The notes under the pieces: generated by a model | What the model was told of the DNA's origin: nothing | The model's input: the letters and a program-made list of their open reading frames with translations, nothing else | Databases searched by the model: none | In this document: piece by piece, positions 60,594 to 64,000 of the stretch | How the letters are laid out: every line of letters starts with the position of its first letter | How positions within the stretch are numbered: the stretch's first letter is position 1 | Made by a program: the position numbers and the translations under genes | NCBI GenBank assembly: GCA_014860355.1 | Contig: JACZJV010000062.1 | Coordinates: 759 to 64,758, forward strand | Origin: Burkholderiales bacterium | Lineage (GTDB): Bacteria; Pseudomonadota; Gammaproteobacteria; Burkholderiales; SG8-39 | Length of the DNA stretch: 64,000 nucleotides | Direction: 5' to 3'

Positions 60594-63178
60594 TGCCCAA
60601 CGCGCAATTGGCAGCTGTCGTGCGGCATTCCGCGGCCAGCCTGCGCGAACCGTTGCAGCGGGATCGGCGCGCTCTGCACGAGCGCTATGCCGCGGATGGG
60701 GAAGCACCGCGCCTGCTGCGCCAGCACCGGGCGCTCATCGACCGCGCGCTGCGTAGTTTGTGGAAGGAGGCGGCCCTGCCCGGCTCGCTGGCTCTTGCCG
60801 CGGTCGGCGGATACGGGCGCGGCGAGCTGTTTCCGCATTCCGACGTCGATCTGCTGGTGCTCCTGCCGTGGGAGCCGGACGCGGAACTTAAAGCCAAGCT
60901 GGAGGGGCTGATAGGCAGGCTTTGGGACACCGGCCTCGAACCCGGCCACGGTGTGCGCACGATCGAGGAATGCCTGTTCGAGTCGGCCAAGGACATTACC
61001 GTACAGACCAGCCTGCTGGAAGCGAGATGGCTGGCCGGCAGCCGCAGTCTGTATGCCGCTTTCACCCATGCCATGCGCGAGCAGCTCGATCCGCAGCATT
61101 TCTTCCAGTCCAAGCGCCTGGAGCAGGAGCAGCGACACGGCAAATACCAGGAAAGCCCCTACAGTCTCGAACCCAATTTAAAGGAGGCGCCGGGGGGCCT
61201 GCGCGACCTGCAGGTGATTCTGTGGATCTGCCGCTGCGCCGGTTTGGGCGAAAACTGGATGCAGCTCGCTGCGCGCGAACTCATAACCACCGTCGAAGCG
61301 CGCCAGCTCGCGCGATACCAGAAGTTCCTGAGCGAACTGCGTATCCGCCTGCACTACATCGCGGGCCGCCGCGAGGACCGGCTGCTGTTCGATTACCAGA
61401 GCAGCCTGGCTGCGCAGCTGGGCTTCGTCGACACACCGAGCAAGCGCGCCAGCGAACAGATGATGCAGCGCTATTACCGCACCGCCAAGGCGATCACGCA
61501 GCTCAACACGCTGCTGCTGCAGAATATCGGCGTGGAGCTGCTTTCGAGCGACGACAGTCCGCTGGAAATCCTCAACGAGCGCTTCCAGGCCGCGCACGAA
61601 CTGCTGGAGGCGCGCGATGCCGATCTGTTCGAGCGCCAGCCGGGCGCCATCCTGGAGAGCTTCCTGCTGCTGCAGCAGCACTCCGAGCTGAAAGGCATGG
61701 GCGCGCCGACGCTGCGCGCGCTGTGGCGCGCGCGCGCCGGAATCGACGCCCGCTTCCGGCGCGACCCGGCCAATTGCGCGCAGTTCATGCAGATCCTGCA
61801 GCAGCCGCGCGGACTGGTGCACGCGCTGCGGCGCATGAATCAATATTCCATACTCGGGCGCTATCTGCCCGCGTTCGGCAAGATCGTCGGGCAGATGCAA
61901 TACGATCTGTTCCACGCCTATACCGTGGACCAGCACATCCTCAACGTGATCCGCAATCTACGCCGCTTCACCATGATCGAATTCGCCCACGAGTATCCGC
62001 AGTGCAGCCGCCTGATTGCGGGGTTCGAGCGCCACTGGCTGCTTTATGTCGCAGCGCTGTTCCACGACATCGCCAAGGGCCGCGGAGGCGACCATTCCAG
62101 GCTCGGCATGCGCGACGCACGCGGTTTCTGCCGGCTGCACGGCCTGACGCGCGAGGACACCGAACTGGTCGCATTCCTGGTCGAGCACCATTTGACCATG
62201 TCTTCTGTCGCGCAGAAGCGCGATCTTTCCGATCCCGACGTCATCGAGGCCTTCGCGCGCACGGCGAAGACCGAACGCCGGCTCACTGCGCTGTACCTGC
62301 TGACGGTTGCCGATGTGCGCGGCACCAGCCCCAAGGTATGGAACGCCTGGAAGGGCAAACTGCTGGAAGACCTGTTCCTGCTCGCGCGGCGCCTGCTGCG
62401 CGGCGATGGCGTGGGCTTCGAGCAGGATATTCAGGCCAAACAGGAGGAAGCGCTGCGACTGCTGCGCCTGTACGCCCTGTCGGACGAAGTCAAGGACAGG
62501 CTTTGGAGCGAGCTCGATGTGGCCTATTTTCTGCGTCACGACGCGCAGGACATCGCCTGGCAGACCCGTACCCTGCACTACCGCGTCGACACCGACCGGC
62601 CGGTGGTGAAAGCGCGCCTCTCTCCCATAGGCGAAGGGCTGCAGGTGATGATCTATACGCGCGACCAGCGCGACCTGTTCGCGCGCATCTGCGGCTATTT
62701 CGAACAGATCAACTACAGCATCGCCGACGCCCGCATTCACACCACGGGCCACGGCTACGCCCTGGATACGTTCCTGTTGCTGGGCCCGGGCAACAATCCG
62801 CATTATCGCGACATGATCAGCCTGATCGAGACCGACCTGGCCGAACGGCTGCAGCGTCAGACGCCACTGCATCCCCCCACCCGCGGCCGCGTTTCGCGCC
62901 AGCTGCGGCATTTTCCGATCACACCGGAGGTCCATATCCGGCCGGATGAAAAAGGCGCGAGTTACGCGCTGTCCATCATCGCCGGCGACCGCCCCGGCCT
63001 GCTCTATGCCATTGCGCTGGTGCTGGGCAAGTACGACATCAACCTGGTCACCGCCAAGATCGTGACGCTGGGCGAGCGCGCAGAAGACGTGTTCCTGGTA
63101 TCGGGCGAGGCGCTTGCCATACCCAAGACCGTGCTGCAACTCGAGAGCGATCTGCTCGACGCATTGCAGCTCAACTAG
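60593..63178 (+). CDS. glnD: bifunctional [protein-PII] uridylyltransferase/uridylyl-removing enzyme
   Basis: 861 aa. NTase motif GGYGRGELFPHSDVDLLVL, HD domain, two C-terminal ACT segments. Start overlaps the map stop by 1 nt (TGATG). Confidence 0.96.
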   Translation: MPNAQLAAVVRHSAASLREPLQRDRRALHERYAADGEAPRLLRQHRALIDRALRSLWKEAALPGSLALAAVGGYGRGELFPHSDVDLLVLLPWEPDAELKAKLEGLIGRLWDTGLEPGHGVRTIEECLFESAKDITVQTSLLEARWLAGSRSLYAAFTHAMREQLDPQHFFQSKRLEQEQRHGKYQESPYSLEPNLKEAPGGLRDLQVILWICRCAGLGENWMQLAARELITTVEARQLARYQKFLSELRIRLHYIAGRREDRLLFDYQSSLAAQLGFVDTPSKRASEQMMQRYYRTAKAITQLNTLLLQNIGVELLSSDDSPLEILNERFQAAHELLEARDADLFERQPGAILESFLLLQQHSELKGMGAPTLRALWRARAGIDARFRRDPANCAQFMQILQQPRGLVHALRRMNQYSILGRYLPAFGKIVGQMQYDLFHAYTVDQHILNVIRNLRRFTMIEFAHEYPQCSRLIAGFERHWLLYVAALFHDIAKGRGGDHSRLGMRDARGFCRLHGLTREDTELVAFLVEHHLTMSSVAQKRDLSDPDVIEAFARTAKTERRLTALYLLTVADVRGTSPKVWNAWKGKLLEDLFLLARRLLRGDGVGFEQDIQAKQEEALRLLRLYALSDEVKDRLWSELDVAYFLRHDAQDIAWQTRTLHYRVDTDRPVVKARLSPIGEGLQVMIYTRDQRDLFARICGYFEQINYSIADARIHTTGHGYALDTFLLLGPGNNPHYRDMISLIETDLAERLQRQTPLHPPTRGRVSRQLRHFPITPEVHIRPDEKGASYALSIIAGDRPGLLYAIALVLGKYDINLVTAKIVTLGERAEDVFLVSGEALAIPKTVLQLESDLLDALQLN

Positions 63179-63235
63179 GCTGCGGCCAGGTTATGCGGGG
63201 TGCGTACGCCCCTGCCGGCGGGTTTCATGCCGGCC

Positions 63236-63766
63236 TCATTCCTCCAGGATTTCCTCGCCCGGGAACAGCGCCTGGATGAAACCGAACTTGCTGAAATCGC
63301 GGATGCGCATCGGGTACAAAATGCCCTGCAGATGATCGCACTCGTGCTGCACCACGCGCGCGTGGAAGCCGCTTACGCTGCGGTCGATGCGATTGCCGCG
63401 CTCGTCAAAGCCCTGGTAGCGCAGTCGCGCATGGCGCGGCACCATGCCGCGCAGCCCCGGCACCGACAGGCAACCTTCCCAGTCCTCTTCGAGTTCGTCC
63501 GAAAGCGGCGTCAGTACCGGGTTGATGAGTACCGTATCGGGCACTTCCTCGGCCCGCGGGTAGCGATCGTTCCGGTCCACGCCGAACACAACCACCTGCA
63601 GTCCGACGCCGATCTGCGGCGCGGCCAGGCCCGCGCCGTTCAAGTGCGCCATGGTTTCGCGCATGTCGGCCAGCAGGGCGTGCAATCCGGGCGTATCGAA
63701 CGCTTCCACCGGCCGCGCCGCTTGCAGCAGGAACGGATCGCCCATCTTGAGTACCTCGCGGATCAT
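63236..63766 (-). CDS. def: peptide deformylase
   Basis: Motifs [30 protein letters not shown] overlap with the upstream gene's stop. Confidence 0.95.
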   Translation of the reverse strand: MIREVLKMGDPFLLQAARPVEAFDTPGLHALLADMRETMAHLNGAGLAAPQIGVGLQVVVFGVDRNDRYPRAEEVPDTVLINPVLTPLSDELEEDWEGCLSVPGLRGMVPRHARLRYQGFDERGNRIDRSVSGFHARVVQHECDHLQGILYPMRIRDFSKFGFIQALFPGEEILEE

Positions 63767-64000
63767 GCGCGCGACGCCAGTTTCTCGATGATCCGACGCA
63801 CGCGCGCCAGCGACTGCTGCAGCACCGGCTCGATGTCCTCCAGGCGTATGCCGTGCAGGCTGTCGCCGCGGCCGGCGGCGAAATTCGCTACCACCGCGAT
63901 GGTGGCGTAATCGAGTTCCGCCTCCCGCGCCAGCGCCGCTTCGGGCATGCCGGTCATGCCCACGACATCGGCGCCGTCGCGCTCGATCCGATTGATCTCC
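63763..64000 (-). CDS. mtnP: 5'-methylthioadenosine/S-methyl-5'-thioinosine phosphorylase, C-terminal part; 5' end outside window
   Basis: Frame open to the window edge. ...[39 protein letters not shown]... matches the PNP/MTAP-family C-terminal region. Confidence 0.8.
   Translation of the reverse strand, partial: EINRIERDGADVVGMTGMPEAALAREAELDYATIAVVANFAAGRGDSLHGIRLEDIEPVLQQSLARVRRIIEKLASRA

Noticed and set aside
60922-62949. 675-aa alternative-frame ORF inside glnD
   Set aside because: Same strand but out of frame with a complete GlnD, and extremely Arg/Pro/Ala-rich. An artefact of high GC.

Overview
High-GC, gene-dense proteobacterial chromosome segment; the synteny looks beta/gamma-proteobacterial, and I cannot name the taxon from sequence alone. 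About 90% of the window is conserved housekeeping backbone: rpoE-rseA-rseB-degP; lepA-lepB-rnc-era-recO-pdxJ-acpS-nagZ; uvrC-pgsA-tRNA(Gly,Cys,Leu); mltG-tmk-holB-tatD; guaB-guaA; ratA-rnfH/smpB; the minus-strand block rpsB-tsf-pyrH-frr-uppS-cdsA-dxr-rseP-bamA-skp-lpxD-fabZ-lpxA-lpxB-rnhB; and map-glnD. Many neighbouring genes have 4-nt stop/start overlaps. Most of the long alternative-frame ORFs in the track are GC-driven shadow ORFs. Two accessory insertions interrupt the backbone. (1) Between the degP-linked glutaredoxin-like gene and lepA sits an OafA-type acyltransferase next to the roughly 59-codon N-terminal stump of a P4-type integrase. (2) A block of about 6.95 kb on the minus strand splits the otherwise conserved pgsA-tRNA-Gly-tRNA-Cys-tRNA-Leu cluster. 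This second block is the strongest candidate for something new. It holds a TPR + DUF560 (Slam / type XI secretion-like) outer-membrane protein, followed 12 nt later by a 1,293-aa secreted protein with no lipobox. That protein combines an N-terminal FecR-type domain, a Pro/Ala/Thr-rich linker and three tandem modules resembling the TbpB/fHbp/hemophilin beta-barrel of Slam cargo. An MFS transporter follows. No TonB-dependent receptor, integrase or CRISPR array is present. Other points worth a look: a class II aldolase-SDR fusion 3 nt upstream of mtnA (possible fused DHAP-shunt step), a triple GGAC/GTCC hairpin array between lepA and lepB, a pseudoknot-capable rpsB leader, and an rpsB-tsf attenuator hairpin. 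All family assignments come from reading motifs by eye, with no database search run.
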